A stretch of 61,551 nt of DNA, filler included. It is 5 parts of 5 records of this genome, joined end to end, with 100 filler letters (N's around TTAATTAATTAA, not from the genome) between each part and the next. Parts side by side here need not be neighbours in the genome. Positions count along the whole stretch, not along the records: positions 34,320 to 40,871 come from SRR20825006_2173; positions 40,972 to 61,551 come from SRR20825006_2181; 3 more parts are not named here. One strand, 5' to 3'. The notes beneath the pieces were generated by a model, which had not been told where the DNA came from, searched no databases, and saw only the letters and a list, made by a program, of their open reading frames with translations. Position numbers and translations under genes: made by a program. The first letter of the stretch is position 1; every line of letters begins with the position of its first letter. Positions 38,718-48,719 of the stretch are shown here, in pieces.

Positions 38718-39638
38718 TCAAAGGGTCTGAAAATCCGGAGCGCTTGCTGCTTCAAGCAGCGCGTTAACGGTGGGTTTTGTCGGAAGCGCCTCCCTTCCGC
38801 CGCGACCCGCGATCGATAAGGCGGCTGCCGCTGCGGCAAACCTGACGCAGTCGCCAATGCCATGTCCCCGAACGAGCGCGGCGGCATAGGCGCCGTGAAA
38901 GCAATCGCCGGCCCCCGTGGTGTCGACAACCTTGACGGAATGGGACGGCAGATGGCGCGGACGGCGATCGGCCTCCAAAAGATACGCGCCATTCGGGCCG
39001 TCTGTCAGAACCACAGCGCTGCGCCGATCGTTCCACAATGCGTGGAGCACGTCCTGAGGCCGTTTTTGTCCTGTATAGCGTTGCGCGAAACCGCAGGGCA
39101 GCACCAGATGATCGCAAGCATCGAGCAGCAGGTCGGTCGTCTCGCCCTCGCTCCACTCGATATCCGCGATGACCGGCAGGCCGAGGCTAAGCGCCCGCAA
39201 CACGGCCTCCGGCGAACGTGTTGCATAGCCGTCGATCAGCAGTGCGCCGGCCGATGTCAGGACTGTGTCCGGCAGGTCCGGTGCAGTGCCGAGCCGGACG
39301 TCATCGTCGAAGGCGATGAACCTGTCGCCGTCCGAGCCGACCGTGATGGTGGAGCGGACCGGCCGGCAACCGGCCGCGCGTGGCGCGTCATCCGTGCATA
39401 CGCCTTCGGTCTTCAGCGCCGTCACGACCGGATCGTCGGGGTTCTCATCGAGCCAGCCGATGAAGCTCACCTCTCCGCCGAGACGGGCTGCGGCGACCAG
39501 AGCGGTCGCCACATTGCCGCCGAAGGCGCTGGCGCGGCGCACCACGCGGCCCTTGCCGGCCTGCAACGGCGCATCCACATAGTAGATGTCATCAACCGAC
39601 AGGGCGCCGAAGCCGATGATCGTGGCTGGCCGCGGCAT
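38718..39638 (-). CDS. PfkB/ribokinase-family sugar kinase
   Basis: GGNVATAL; VVDTTGAGDCFHG. Confidence 0.9.
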   Translation of the reverse strand: MPRPATIIGFGALSVDDIYYVDAPLQAGKGRVVRRASAFGGNVATALVAAARLGGEVSFIGWLDENPDDPVVTALKTEGVCTDDAPRAAGCRPVRSTITVGSDGDRFIAFDDDVRLGTAPDLPDTVLTSAGALLIDGYATRSPEAVLRALSLGLPVIADIEWSEGETTDLLLDACDHLVLPCGFAQRYTGQKRPQDVLHALWNDRRSAVVLTDGPNGAYLLEADRRPRHLPSHSVKVVDTTGAGDCFHGAYAAALVRGHGIGDCVRFAAAAAALSIAGRGGREALPTKPTVNALLEAASAPDFQTL

Positions 39639-39640
39639 GG

Positions 39641-40441
39641 TCAGCCCTGAGCCTTTTTCAGGGCATCCTCAGCGGCAAGTCCGTCATGAATGACGCCGCG
39701 GAAGGCACGCGCCGCCATGACGGGGTCTCCGTGTCCCCAGAGGTTCCGGCCGACAACGGCGCCGCGGGCGCCGGCCTGAATCGCCTCGGCGGTCTGTTCC
39801 AGCGCGCCGAGAAGGTTGTCCGCCTTGGGGCCGCCGGCGATCACGACCGGAACCGGGCTGGTGCGGACGATTTCCTTGTAGCCGTCGAAATCGCCGGTGT
39901 AGCCGATCTTGATCACATCAACGCCGGTTTCGATGCCGATGCGCGCGGCATAGGCGATCTCTTCCGGGGTGAAGACGATCTTTGCGCCGTCGGTGAAATC
40001 GCGCGGATAGATATGGGCGACAATCGGCATGCCGAAGCGGGCTGCGGCGTTGACGGAGTCGGTGAGCCAGCGGATATAGTGGCCCTCCGTTGCGCCGCGC
40101 ACCGGAATGGCAACGGCAAGCGCATCAGCACCTGCCCGCACGGCATCTTCCGGCGTCGCGATCAACTGGCTGATCCGGTCGTCCGGTGTAAAGCAGCCCG
40201 CCTGGATGACCAGGGACGCCTGACCGGCATAGCGCGCCCATAACAACCGCGCTGCGCCCGGCTGAATGCTGACATAATCAGGCTTACCCTTCATGACGCG
40301 CTCGAGCGCGCCGGGCAGATCGGCCAGACCGCCCTGACGGACGTCGCCATAGCCGACGAAGTGGTCTACCGCTCCGCCGAAAAGGTTTCCCGAAGGGTGT
40401 GAAAACAGGCGCGCCAGACGCACCGTGGTACCCAGTGTCAT
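39641..40441 (-). CDS. Class I (DhnA/LsrF-like) aldolase
   Basis: AVDH; HIYPR; Schiff-base Lys in DVIKIGY; IAGGPK; GRNLW. Confidence 0.85.
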   Translation of the reverse strand: MTLGTTVRLARLFSHPSGNLFGGAVDHFVGYGDVRQGGLADLPGALERVMKGKPDYVSIQPGAARLLWARYAGQASLVIQAGCFTPDDRISQLIATPEDAVRAGADALAVAIPVRGATEGHYIRWLTDSVNAAARFGMPIVAHIYPRDFTDGAKIVFTPEEIAYAARIGIETGVDVIKIGYTGDFDGYKEIVRTSPVPVVIAGGPKADNLLGALEQTAEAIQAGARGAVVGRNLWGHGDPVMAARAFRGVIHDGLAAEDALKKAQG

Positions 40442-40474
40442 TTCAGTTTCCTCCTGTGATTGTTGGGGACTTGC

Positions 40475-40870
40475 TCAGCTCTGCCCCAGAGCGTTGATCG
40501 TGCCGAAATTACGCCGCACGGCGGCGGCGGGGTCTTTGCCGGCCTCCTCAGATTCCTCCTCGACCACGACCCAGCCATTGAAGCGCGGCGCCTTTTCGAC
40601 GGTTGCGAGCACGGCGGTGAGGTCGCAGATGCCTTCGCCCAGCATCGCCCAGTTGCCATCGGCATCGACGTCCTTGAGATGAAGGTAGCGAATGCGATCG
40701 CCGAAATCGCGAAGCGTCAGATCAATGTCCTGTCCGGCCCTCAGAATATGCCCGGTGTCGGGAACCCAGCCGATATCCTTGTCGAGCAGGCCGAAGATCG
40801 AATCGTAATCGGCCTTGTCGAACAGCAGCGTGTTCTTGTGTGAAGACGGGTGCAGGGCCAGCGGAATGCC
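40475..40870 (-). CDS. Sugar-phosphate isomerase/epimerase (IolE/xylose-isomerase-like TIM barrel), 5'-truncated; this frame is not in the ORF track
   Basis: Manual translation ...LALHP...WVPDTGHI...YLHLKD...LGEG...GWVVVEEE...LGQS*. Confidence 0.85.
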   Translation of the reverse strand, partial: GIPLALHPSSHKNTLLFDKADYDSIFGLLDKDIGWVPDTGHILRAGQDIDLTLRDFGDRIRYLHLKDVDADGNWAMLGEGICDLTAVLATVEKAPRFNGWVVVEEESEEAGKDPAAAVRRNFGTINALGQS

Positions 40871-40871
40871 G

Positions 40872-40971
40872 NNNNNNNNNNNNNNNNNNNNNNNNNNNNN
40901 NNNNNNNNNNNNNNNTTAATTAATTAANNNNNNNNNNNNNNNNNNNNNNNNNNNNNNNNNNNNNNNNNNNN
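40872..40971. other. Artificial contig linker
   Basis: 44 N + TTAATTAATTAA + 44 N. Confidence 0.98.
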
Positions 40972-41760
40972 TCGGTGCGTGACAACGTGGCCTTTGGGCT
41001 GAAGATCGCGGGGATGCCACGCGCCGAGATCGACACACGCGTGGCCGAGATGCTCGATCTGATCTCGCTTGGCTCACTGGCCGATCGTTACCCCTACCAA
41101 ATGTCGGGTGGTCAGCAACAGCGCGTGGCCCTCGCGCGCGCTCTTGCGCCGCGTCCGAATCTTTTGTTGCTGGACGAACCCCTCTCCGCCCTTGACGCGC
41201 AAATCCGCACCTCGCTGCGTGATGACATTCGGCGCATCCAACAAGAACTGGGGATCACCACCGTTTTTGTGACCCATGATCAGGAAGAGGCGTTGTCGAT
41301 CTCTGACCGGGTCGTCGTGATGCACAAGGGTCGCGCGGATCAGATCGGCACGCCTGCACAGATTTATAACCGGCCCACGACACGGTTCGTGGCGGATTTT
41401 GTCGGCAAGCTGAACACGTTTGAAGCGCGGGTCGAGAGCCCTCAGTCGATCTTTTTTGCCGGGCAAAACATCCACGATCCGCGTCACACGGACCTGACGC
41501 CCGGTGCGCCGATCACCGTCGCGTTGCGGCCAGAGGCGTTGTCACTGCGCCCACGTCCGGGGGATGATCTGTCCCTGCCGGGGCGCGTGTTGCACAGCAC
41601 CTTTTTGGGCTCCGTGATCCGTGCCCAGATCGAAGTCGCAGGCCAGCAGGTCAGCGTCGACATGTTCAACCGGGCCGATGCGACCCTGCCGGTGGCGGGG
41701 GATATGGCCGAGGTTTGGTTCACACGTGGCGATGTTTTGGTCCTGCCGAGCGTGATGTGA
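40972..41760 (+). CDS. PotA/FbpC-like ABC ATPase with TOBE domain, 5'-truncated
   Basis: MSGGQQQRVALARAL; LLDEPLSALD; VTHDQEEA. Confidence 0.9.
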   Translation, partial: SVRDNVAFGLKIAGMPRAEIDTRVAEMLDLISLGSLADRYPYQMSGGQQQRVALARALAPRPNLLLLDEPLSALDAQIRTSLRDDIRRIQQELGITTVFVTHDQEEALSISDRVVVMHKGRADQIGTPAQIYNRPTTRFVADFVGKLNTFEARVESPQSIFFAGQNIHDPRHTDLTPGAPITVALRPEALSLRPRPGDDLSLPGRVLHSTFLGSVIRAQIEVAGQQVSVDMFNRADATLPVAGDMAEVWFTRGDVLVLPSVM

Positions 41761-41797
41761 GGGCATCAGAGGGGGCGCGACCCGTTCAGGCGCGTGC

Positions 41798-42793
41798 TCA
41801 GGGCTCAAACCAGCGTGTTGTTTTGAACAGAACCGGGACGCCGCGGCTTTTAAGAATGCTCCACATTCCCTGACGATCCACCAGCATCACCCCAATCGCC
41901 AGTGCGCCCAGAGTGATCAGATACCAGCTGCCCCAATCTGCGGCAAAGCTGCGCAGCGTAAAGAACAGAATGACCCCCAAAATAGGTCCTTCGATGGAGC
42001 CAATCCCGCCGATCACCACGATAAAGATGATGAAGGCGGACCATTCGTTGACCGAAAACGCAGCGTCCGGGGTGATGCGCAGTTTTTGCAAAAAGATGAA
42101 CCCGCCAGTCAGGGCCGTGCTTGCGGCTGTGGCGATATAGACCATGAATTTGACCCGCCGAATGCGGATGCCGATGCTTTCAGAGGCCGGTTCAGAATCG
42201 CGGATGCCGGTAAAGGCGAGGCCCCATTTGGAGCGCAGCATCAGCCAGACGATCATCACCGATCCAATCCCAAGGCCAAAAGCGATGTAATACATCACCA
42301 TGTCGCGTGCGCCGCGCGAGGTGGCGAGAGATTTGACCACATCAATCGGCAACGAGATGCCCGAACCGCCGCCAAGCGCCGAAAACTGCGCTGCAATCAG
42401 GCGAAACACCTCGGCGATGACCCATGTGCCAATGGCGAAATAGGCGCCTTGCAGGCGAAAGGCGATCCAGCCGATGGGAAAGGCGATGAGGCCCGACAGG
42501 AGGGCGGCGACGGGCAGGGCGATCAGCAAAGGCAGCCCGGAGAACATGGCGAGCGCGAAGAACAGATAGCCGCCAAGACCGACCCAGGCCTGTTGCCCCA
42601 CCGAGATCAACCCGGTGTATCCCGCCAAAAGGTTCCACATCTGTGCAAGCGCCAAAAACGCCAGCGCTTCCATCAACATATTGAGCGTGCCGCGTGAGGC
42701 CCAAAACGGGGCGGCGGCCAAAAAGACGATGGTCACAAAAATGGCGATGAGCGAGACGGGGGCTTTGCGGCGGGTCAGGGGTACTGTCGTCAT
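41798..42793 (-). CDS. Branched-chain-amino-acid-type ABC permease (LivM-like)
   Basis: WNLLAGYTG; GAYFAIGT; IGGIGSIEGP. Confidence 0.9.
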   Translation of the reverse strand: MTTVPLTRRKAPVSLIAIFVTIVFLAAAPFWASRGTLNMLMEALAFLALAQMWNLLAGYTGLISVGQQAWVGLGGYLFFALAMFSGLPLLIALPVAALLSGLIAFPIGWIAFRLQGAYFAIGTWVIAEVFRLIAAQFSALGGGSGISLPIDVVKSLATSRGARDMVMYYIAFGLGIGSVMIVWLMLRSKWGLAFTGIRDSEPASESIGIRIRRVKFMVYIATAASTALTGGFIFLQKLRITPDAAFSVNEWSAFIIFIVVIGGIGSIEGPILGVILFFTLRSFAADWGSWYLITLGALAIGVMLVDRQGMWSILKSRGVPVLFKTTRWFEP

Positions 42794-42797
42794 GGGA

Positions 42798-43664
42798 TCA
42801 TCCTTTCATGCGGGCAAACAGGCCCTGCGGTCGTACGACCAGGATCAAGAGGAAAACCAGATGGCCTGCGAGGATTTGAAATCCCGCATCAATTTGTGCG
42901 CCGACGACCTGTGCCACACCCAAAACGACCCCGCCAGCCAAGGTGCCCCAAAGCGAGCCAAGCCCGCCGATGATCACCGCCTCAAAGGCAAACAAAAGCC
43001 GCGATGGGCCTGCACTCGGGTCAAAATTGGTCTTCATCGCCAACATGATCCCCGCCACAGCGACAACGCCGGAGGCAATCATCGTGGCCAAGGCAAAGAT
43101 ATGGGCTTTGTTGCCCCCCATGAGCGGCACCATTTCCGCATCATCTGATGTGGCGCGCAACAGGCGACCCAGCGCGGTGTGGAAAAACAAAACATGCAGA
43201 CCTGCCAAAACGCCAAGCGCGACCACGAACATCAGCAAAGGCATGGCACCAATCGCCAAATCTCCCGGCAGGGAAATGGACGCGACATCCAGCGCACCGC
43301 TTGAAACGCGGCGACTGTCGGCGGAGAACACTTCCATCATGCCGTTTTGCAAGATGATCGACAGACCAAAGGTGACCAGAATCGGCGGCAGAATATCCTT
43401 GCCCAACACCCGGTTGAGCAGGATGCGTTGCCCCAGATAGCCGATCACTCCCATCACCAAAACCACCGCCACAATGCCAAGCGCCGGATGCCATCCCATA
43501 AAGGTTACAAAGGACAACATCAGATAGGCCGCCAACACGATGAAATCGCCATGGGCGATGTTCACAAAGCGCATGACGCCGAACATCAGCGATAATCCGG
43601 CCGCGAACAACGCGTAAAGACCGCCCAAAAGCACGCCTTGAATCAGTACATTGACCCATTCCAT
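42798..43664 (-). CDS. Branched-chain-amino-acid-type ABC permease (LivH-like)
   Basis: GLSLMFGVMRFVNIAHG; IIGGLGSLWG. Confidence 0.9.
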   Translation of the reverse strand: MEWVNVLIQGVLLGGLYALFAAGLSLMFGVMRFVNIAHGDFIVLAAYLMLSFVTFMGWHPALGIVAVVLVMGVIGYLGQRILLNRVLGKDILPPILVTFGLSIILQNGMMEVFSADSRRVSSGALDVASISLPGDLAIGAMPLLMFVVALGVLAGLHVLFFHTALGRLLRATSDDAEMVPLMGGNKAHIFALATMIASGVVAVAGIMLAMKTNFDPSAGPSRLLFAFEAVIIGGLGSLWGTLAGGVVLGVAQVVGAQIDAGFQILAGHLVFLLILVVRPQGLFARMKG

Positions 43665-44428
43665 CAGAGCATCTCCCGTGCCGGTTCATTGGTGTCCGGT
43701 TCGTCGGCTTCAAATCCGAAATAGGCGCGGGTGATCTCCGCGCGGCTGAGGTCCTCGGGGCGCCCAGACAGCGACACGCGGCCCTCTTGCAGACAGATCA
43801 CGCGGGTGGCCACGGCCATGGCTTGGGCGATGTCCTGTTCGATCACCAACATCGACGTGCCCCGCGCACGGATGAGTGGCACGGCGGTGTAAATGTCTTT
43901 GATCACCTTTGGCGACAGGCCCAGACTGATTTCATCACATAAAAGCAACCTCGGGTTGGACATCAGGGCACGACCAATCGCGACCATCTGTTGCTGACCG
44001 CCTGAAAGCGCGGTTCCGCCATGGTGGCGTCTGTCATGCAGGTCGGGAAACAACTCATAGATCGCCGCAAGTGACCACGGGCCTTTGCGTTTGCCACTTG
44101 CCCCGATGCTCAGATTTTCTTCGACCGTCAAAGAGGGAAACAACCGCCGTCCCTCGGGCACCATGGCGATGCCGGCCTTGTGAATCAGATGCGCGGGCTG
44201 GCCAGCGATGGCCGCGCCTGCAAAGCGGATGTTCTGGCCTTTCGAGGGCAAAAGCCCGGTGAGCGTGCGCAGCATGGTGGATTTACCGGCCCCGTTGGCC
44301 CCGATCACCGCCATCGTGTCGCCCTCATCCATAGTCAGATCAATGCCAAACAGCGCTTGGAAATCGCCATAGAACGCGGTGAGATTCCTGATTTCGAGAA
44401 AAGCGTTATGCGGCGTCATCGGCATCAA
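43664..44428 (-). CDS. ABC ATPase (LivF-like)
   Basis: GANGAGKS; VPEGRRLF; LSGGQQQM. Confidence 0.9.
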   Translation of the reverse strand: MMPMTPHNAFLEIRNLTAFYGDFQALFGIDLTMDEGDTMAVIGANGAGKSTMLRTLTGLLPSKGQNIRFAGAAIAGQPAHLIHKAGIAMVPEGRRLFPSLTVEENLSIGASGKRKGPWSLAAIYELFPDLHDRRHHGGTALSGGQQQMVAIGRALMSNPRLLLCDEISLGLSPKVIKDIYTAVPLIRARGTSMLVIEQDIAQAMAVATRVICLQEGRVSLSGRPEDLSRAEITRAYFGFEADEPDTNEPAREML

Positions 44429-45134
44429 TCCCCAAATAGAGTTGTTGCACCATCGGGTCGGCCATCACCGCTTTGGGATCGCCCTGCGCGACCAAAGCCC
44501 CGCGATCAATCACGACCAAGCGCTCGACCACGGCCAAAAGCGCGTGAACCACATGTTCGATCCAAATGACGGCCATGCCGCTGGCGTGAATGTCGCGTAT
44601 GGTGGCGACCAATGCGTGACACTCGGCTTCCGTCAAACCGCCTGCGATCTCATCCAGCAAAAGGACCTTGGGTGAAGTGGCCAAAGCGCGCGCCATTTCA
44701 AGTCTTTTGCGCTCCAAAAGCCCCAGACTCCCGGCCTGAAGATTGGCTTTTGGCATCAATCCGGTCAGTTCCAAAACCCTGCGACAGGTCTGCGGAGCGC
44801 TCTGCGCATCGCCGCCAAAAATCGCCGCTGTCAGAAGGTTTTCATAGACCGTCATGCCGACAAAGGGATGTGGGATTTGAAACGAGCGCCCGATGCCAAG
44901 ACGACAGCGCTGGGCTGCGGGCAGGTCGGTGATGTCGCGGTCTTGCCAATAAATCCGCCCCTCAGACGGTTGGAGCGCACCGCCAATCAAATTGAACAAG
45001 GTCGATTTTCCGGCTCCGTTCGGCCCTATGATGCCAAGCGCCTCGCCGCTCTCCACGGCAAGATCGACAGCATCGGTGACCGTAAGCGCGCCGAAAGATT
45101 TCGACACGCCCTTCAGCGTAACGATCTGTGTCAA
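44406..45134 (-). CDS. ABC ATPase (LivG-like)
   Basis: GPNGAGKS; RSFQ; LLDEIAGGL; IEH. TTG start after GGGGAGG. Confidence 0.88.
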   Translation of the reverse strand: MTQIVTLKGVSKSFGALTVTDAVDLAVESGEALGIIGPNGAGKSTLFNLIGGALQPSEGRIYWQDRDITDLPAAQRCRLGIGRSFQIPHPFVGMTVYENLLTAAIFGGDAQSAPQTCRRVLELTGLMPKANLQAGSLGLLERKRLEMARALATSPKVLLLDEIAGGLTEAECHALVATIRDIHASGMAVIWIEHVVHALLAVVERLVVIDRGALVAQGDPKAVMADPMVQQLYLGIDADDAA

Positions 45135-45236
45135 GGTGTCCTCCCCTTTTGTGGAAGGGTGGCAAGGAGGAGGGCAGGTGCCAATGCCGCATGAGGTGTT
45201 CTTCAATACCTTTAAAGGCGCATACTTTTTCTGATG

Positions 45237-45273
45237 ATACTCTGTTGGTATTGGTGGATACCAGCACAGGCAT
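45237..45273. promoter_or_regulatory. LysR (BenM/CatM/CbnR-type) operator
   Basis: Perfect ATAC-N7-GTAT at 45237-45251 and a second ATAC half-site 21 bp downstream (45258), in the divergent livG / dioxygenase intergenic region. Confidence 0.7.
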
Positions 45274-45337
45274 TGATTGAAACCTGTTCAAGGGCGAGTT
45301 TCGCCGCAAGAATTGCCATTACACGGAGGAGTAGGTT

Positions 45338-46207
45338 ATGCGCAATATCACACTGGAAAACGTTACGGATGCCGTCATCAACGCGATGAGCGGGGATATC
45401 CCTGCACGCAACCGGGAAATCATGTCGGCGGCCATCAAGCACATCCACGCCTTCTGCAAAGAGGTCGATCTAAGCTATGATGAATGGCTTGAGGCGATGA
45501 AATGGTTCGTCCGCGCCGGTCACATTTCCAATGAAGCGCGCAACGAATTCATCCTGATTTCTGACATCATCGGCGTTGAAGTGCTTGTCGACATGCTCGA
45601 CAAAAAGCCGACCCATGGCGAAACGATTACCACCGTGCTTGGGCCGTTTTACCGCGAAAATTCACCGGTTCTGCCGAAAGGCGCGTCGATCATTCAAAAA
45701 GAATATCCGGGCACCGAAACCCTGCGCATCACCGGGACCATTCGCGACACCGATGGCGCACCTGTGCCCAATGTGATCCTTGATGTATGGCATGATGCTC
45801 CGAACGGCCTCTATGACCTTCAGGACCCGGAACAGCCGGACATGAACTTCCGCGGTCGGTTTGAAACCGATGAAAATGGCGAATATGATCTCGTGTGCTA
45901 TCGCCCCGCGCCTTACCCGATCCCCTATGATGGGGCAGCGGGCGAGTTGCTCAACTACATGGGGCACCACCCGTGGCGTCCGGGTCATGTCCATTTCATG
46001 ATCATGAAAGAAGGCTACAAAACCCTCATCTCGCAAATCTACGACAGCGAGACGGAATACCTCGACAATGACTCTGTGTTTGCCGTGAAAGAAGACCTCG
46101 TGGGGCGTTTGGAAAAAGCGCCTGAGGGGGCCGATACGGACCTCGCGATGGAGTTCAATTTCGTGATCCGCAACAATGCCAAACTCGGCGCTGTTGCCGC
46201 AGAGTAA
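45338..46207 (+). CDS. Intradiol ring-cleavage dioxygenase (catechol/hydroxyquinol 1,2-dioxygenase family)
   Basis: EFILISD; LGPFY; iron ligands in GLYD, PYPIP and RPGHVH. Confidence 0.92.
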   Translation: MRNITLENVTDAVINAMSGDIPARNREIMSAAIKHIHAFCKEVDLSYDEWLEAMKWFVRAGHISNEARNEFILISDIIGVEVLVDMLDKKPTHGETITTVLGPFYRENSPVLPKGASIIQKEYPGTETLRITGTIRDTDGAPVPNVILDVWHDAPNGLYDLQDPEQPDMNFRGRFETDENGEYDLVCYRPAPYPIPYDGAAGELLNYMGHHPWRPGHVHFMIMKEGYKTLISQIYDSETEYLDNDSVFAVKEDLVGRLEKAPEGADTDLAMEFNFVIRNNAKLGAVAAE

Positions 46208-46221
46208 GCACAACATTGACA

Positions 46222-46258
46222 GGGTGGAGCGCAGCGTCCCGTCGCTCCACCCCCTTTC
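46222..46258 (+). terminator. Stem-loop after the dioxygenase (stabiliser or weak terminator)
   Basis: GGGTGGAGCG...CGCTCCACCC followed by a short T run. Confidence 0.5.
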
Positions 46259-46274
46259 TGGCGTCGGAAATGAT

Positions 46275-47468
46275 ATGAATACCCCCTTCTCTGCAATGCC
46301 CACAATGACTCGCATGTCTGACGACGCTGCGACGATGGATCTGGCCCAAGCGACGGCGATCCGTTCGGTCTCTGCACGCATTATCGAGGCCCCGACCCGA
46401 CGCAAACATAAGCTTTCGAACACCTCTTTGAGCCACCAAGGCTATATTTTTGTTGAGGTTGTGCTGGAGAATGGTGTTGTCGGTTTTGGAGAGGGCTCCA
46501 CCCTGGGCGGGCCGCGCTGGGCCGAGGAGAGTGTTGAGGCGATGAAGGTCAATATCGACACCTACCTCGCGCCCGCGCTGATCGGTCATCCTGCCTGTTT
46601 CCTTGAGGCCGCTGCCACCAAAATGGCGCAGGCCGCCAAGCGCAATTACACTGCCAAATCCGCTCTCGACATGGCCATGTTGGACGCCGTTGGGAAAACG
46701 CTGAACGTGCCCGCCCATGTGCTTTTGGGCGGGGCGCAGCGCGCGTCTTTTTCCGCCATTTGGGCCTTGGCGTCTGGCGATGCGGGCCAGGAGGTCGAAG
46801 AGGCCAAGGGCATGATCGAAAAGGGGTGGTTCAACCGCTTTAAAATCAAACTCGGCTTTGCTGACCCGTTGACCGATCTGGCGCGTCTGACCGCCTTGAA
46901 AGTGGCATTGCCCGAGGGCACGGATATGATCGCGGATGTGAATCAAGGCTGGTCGGAGGCCGATTTTATCCGTTATGTGCCACATCTTGTGGACCTTGGG
47001 GTGAGTTTGATCGAACAACCGCTTCCCGCCGCCCAAATGCCTGCCATGGCGCGCATTGCCGCGCGTTCTCCGATCCCGATCATGCTGGACGAGGGCGTGT
47101 CCACCCTTGGCGAAGCCATGGACGGCTGTGGCTCAGGTGCGGGCTCAGTCCTGTCACTCAAACTGTGTAAACACGGTGGGGTGCATCAATTGAAACGGGT
47201 CGCGGGCATCGCGCAGGCGGCGGGTGTTCAGCTTTACGGTGGGTGTCTTTTGGAAAGCTCCTTGGGTGCTGCGGGGCATTTGCACGCTTTCGCCACCTTG
47301 CCGAATTTGGACTGGGGCACCGAACATTTCGGTCCGAAAATTCTGGTCGAGGATCTGTGTTCCGACGGGCTGCGCTATGAGAATTTTGAAGTGCATCTGC
47401 CGACAGGTCCGGGACTTGGGGTCACGCCTGACCCAGACTGTATCAATCGTTATGCCCGCAAAGACTAA
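46275..47468 (+). CDS. catB: Muconate/chloromuconate cycloisomerase
   Basis: GGPRWAEESVE; FKIKLG; DVNQ; IEQP; LDE; LKLCK; WGTEHFGP. Start uncertain (46275 or 46335). Confidence 0.87.
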   Translation: MNTPFSAMPTMTRMSDDAATMDLAQATAIRSVSARIIEAPTRRKHKLSNTSLSHQGYIFVEVVLENGVVGFGEGSTLGGPRWAEESVEAMKVNIDTYLAPALIGHPACFLEAAATKMAQAAKRNYTAKSALDMAMLDAVGKTLNVPAHVLLGGAQRASFSAIWALASGDAGQEVEEAKGMIEKGWFNRFKIKLGFADPLTDLARLTALKVALPEGTDMIADVNQGWSEADFIRYVPHLVDLGVSLIEQPLPAAQMPAMARIAARSPIPIMLDEGVSTLGEAMDGCGSGAGSVLSLKLCKHGGVHQLKRVAGIAQAAGVQLYGGCLLESSLGAAGHLHAFATLPNLDWGTEHFGPKILVEDLCSDGLRYENFEVHLPTGPGLGVTPDPDCINRYARKD

Positions 47469-47479
47469 AGGAAGTTCCC

Positions 47480-47869
47480 ATGCAAACCGCATCTCTGCGC
47501 GCCCGTTTTGAAGAGATGGGCACGGCGCTCACGCAAAAGCCGCATCTCAAACGCCTCGGGCAGTTGTTTTCCGAGACGGTTTTGATCGAGGTCGATGATC
47601 AGCAGATCTATCTGTACTTTCATCGTGGCCTGCTTGAGCGGGTCGAAGAAGGCCCGAGCAGCAAAATCCCGTGGCGGTTTGCCTTGCGTGTGGATGGTGA
47701 GGCGCTGGATGCCTTTTGGCACCCCATGCCAGCGCCACGGTTTCACGACATTTTCGGCTTTGTCAAAACCGGTCGTGGGCGGATTGATGGCGACATTCTT
47801 GCCCTTGTCAAAAACCTGAGGTTTTTCAAAGAATTTATGGCGCTGGGCCGTCAAAAGGAGGCGGCATAA
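47480..47869 (+). CDS. Small hypothetical protein, possibly SCP2-like
   Basis: AAGGAAG RBS; TAATG coupling to the hydrolase; GRIDGD tail reminiscent of SCP2 folds. Confidence 0.6.
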   Translation: MQTASLRARFEEMGTALTQKPHLKRLGQLFSETVLIEVDDQQIYLYFHRGLLERVEEGPSSKIPWRFALRVDGEALDAFWHPMPAPRFHDIFGFVKTGRGRIDGDILALVKNLRFFKEFMALGRQKEAA

Positions 47870-48705
47870 TGGCGCTTGAACAGATCATTGGCCGCTATGT
47901 GACGATTGAGGTCCAAGGCCGCAAAAACCGCATCTATTTTGAAGAAGCGGGCAGCGGGCAGCCGGTTCTGTGTTTCCACACGGCGGGCGCAGACAGCCGC
48001 CAGTGGCGGCATATCCTGAACGATCCCGAGTTGACCAAAGCCTATCGTTTCATCGCACCGGACATGCCGTGGCATGGCAAATCTTTGCCGCCTGAGGGGT
48101 TTCATGAGGAAGAATACCTTTTGACCACCGAAGCCTATATGGAAACAGTGCTCAAACTGGTCGAGGCGCTCACTCTGGAGAATCCGATCTATGCCGGATG
48201 TTCCATGGGCGGTCGGATCGCGCTGCAACTGGCGCTCAAGACGCCGGACCCGTTCAAAGGGTTTATTGCCATCGAGGCCTCGGATTTTCAACCGGCGTGG
48301 TATGACATCGACTGGTTCCACCGCCCGGATGCCCATGGTGGCGAAATGGGTGCGGCTTTGGTCAGCGCCAATATCGCGCCGCAATCCCCCGAGGCCGAGC
48401 GTTGGAACACCCAATGGATGTTTATGCAATCAGGCCCAGGCGTGTTTCGCGGGGATTTGAGTTTTTACACCCAAGACGACAGTCTCGTCGGGCAACTGGG
48501 TCGCATTGACACAGGCGCGCGCCCTGTGCATCTCATGGTGGGCACATATGATATGACCTGTACCCCAGAGGACGCCAAACGCACCGCCGATGCCATTCCC
48601 GGTGCCAGCCTTGTGGTGATGGATGGGATCGGGCATTTTCCGATGAGCGAGAACCCCGATGTATTCCGGCCCTATTTTGTCGATGCCCTCGCGAAAATGG
48701 GGTGA
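47869..48705 (+). CDS. Alpha/beta hydrolase
   Basis: FHTAG; DMPWHG; nucleophile elbow GCSMGG; GHFP. Confidence 0.9.
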   Translation: MALEQIIGRYVTIEVQGRKNRIYFEEAGSGQPVLCFHTAGADSRQWRHILNDPELTKAYRFIAPDMPWHGKSLPPEGFHEEEYLLTTEAYMETVLKLVEALTLENPIYAGCSMGGRIALQLALKTPDPFKGFIAIEASDFQPAWYDIDWFHRPDAHGGEMGAALVSANIAPQSPEAERWNTQWMFMQSGPGVFRGDLSFYTQDDSLVGQLGRIDTGARPVHLMVGTYDMTCTPEDAKRTADAIPGASLVVMDGIGHFPMSENPDVFRPYFVDALAKMG

Positions 48706-48719
48706 ATGCGTAAAATCGG

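Noticed and set aside
40438-40665. 75-aa minus-strand ORF
   Set aside because: Wrong frame. The real coding frame is the truncated TIM-barrel epimerase ending at 40475.
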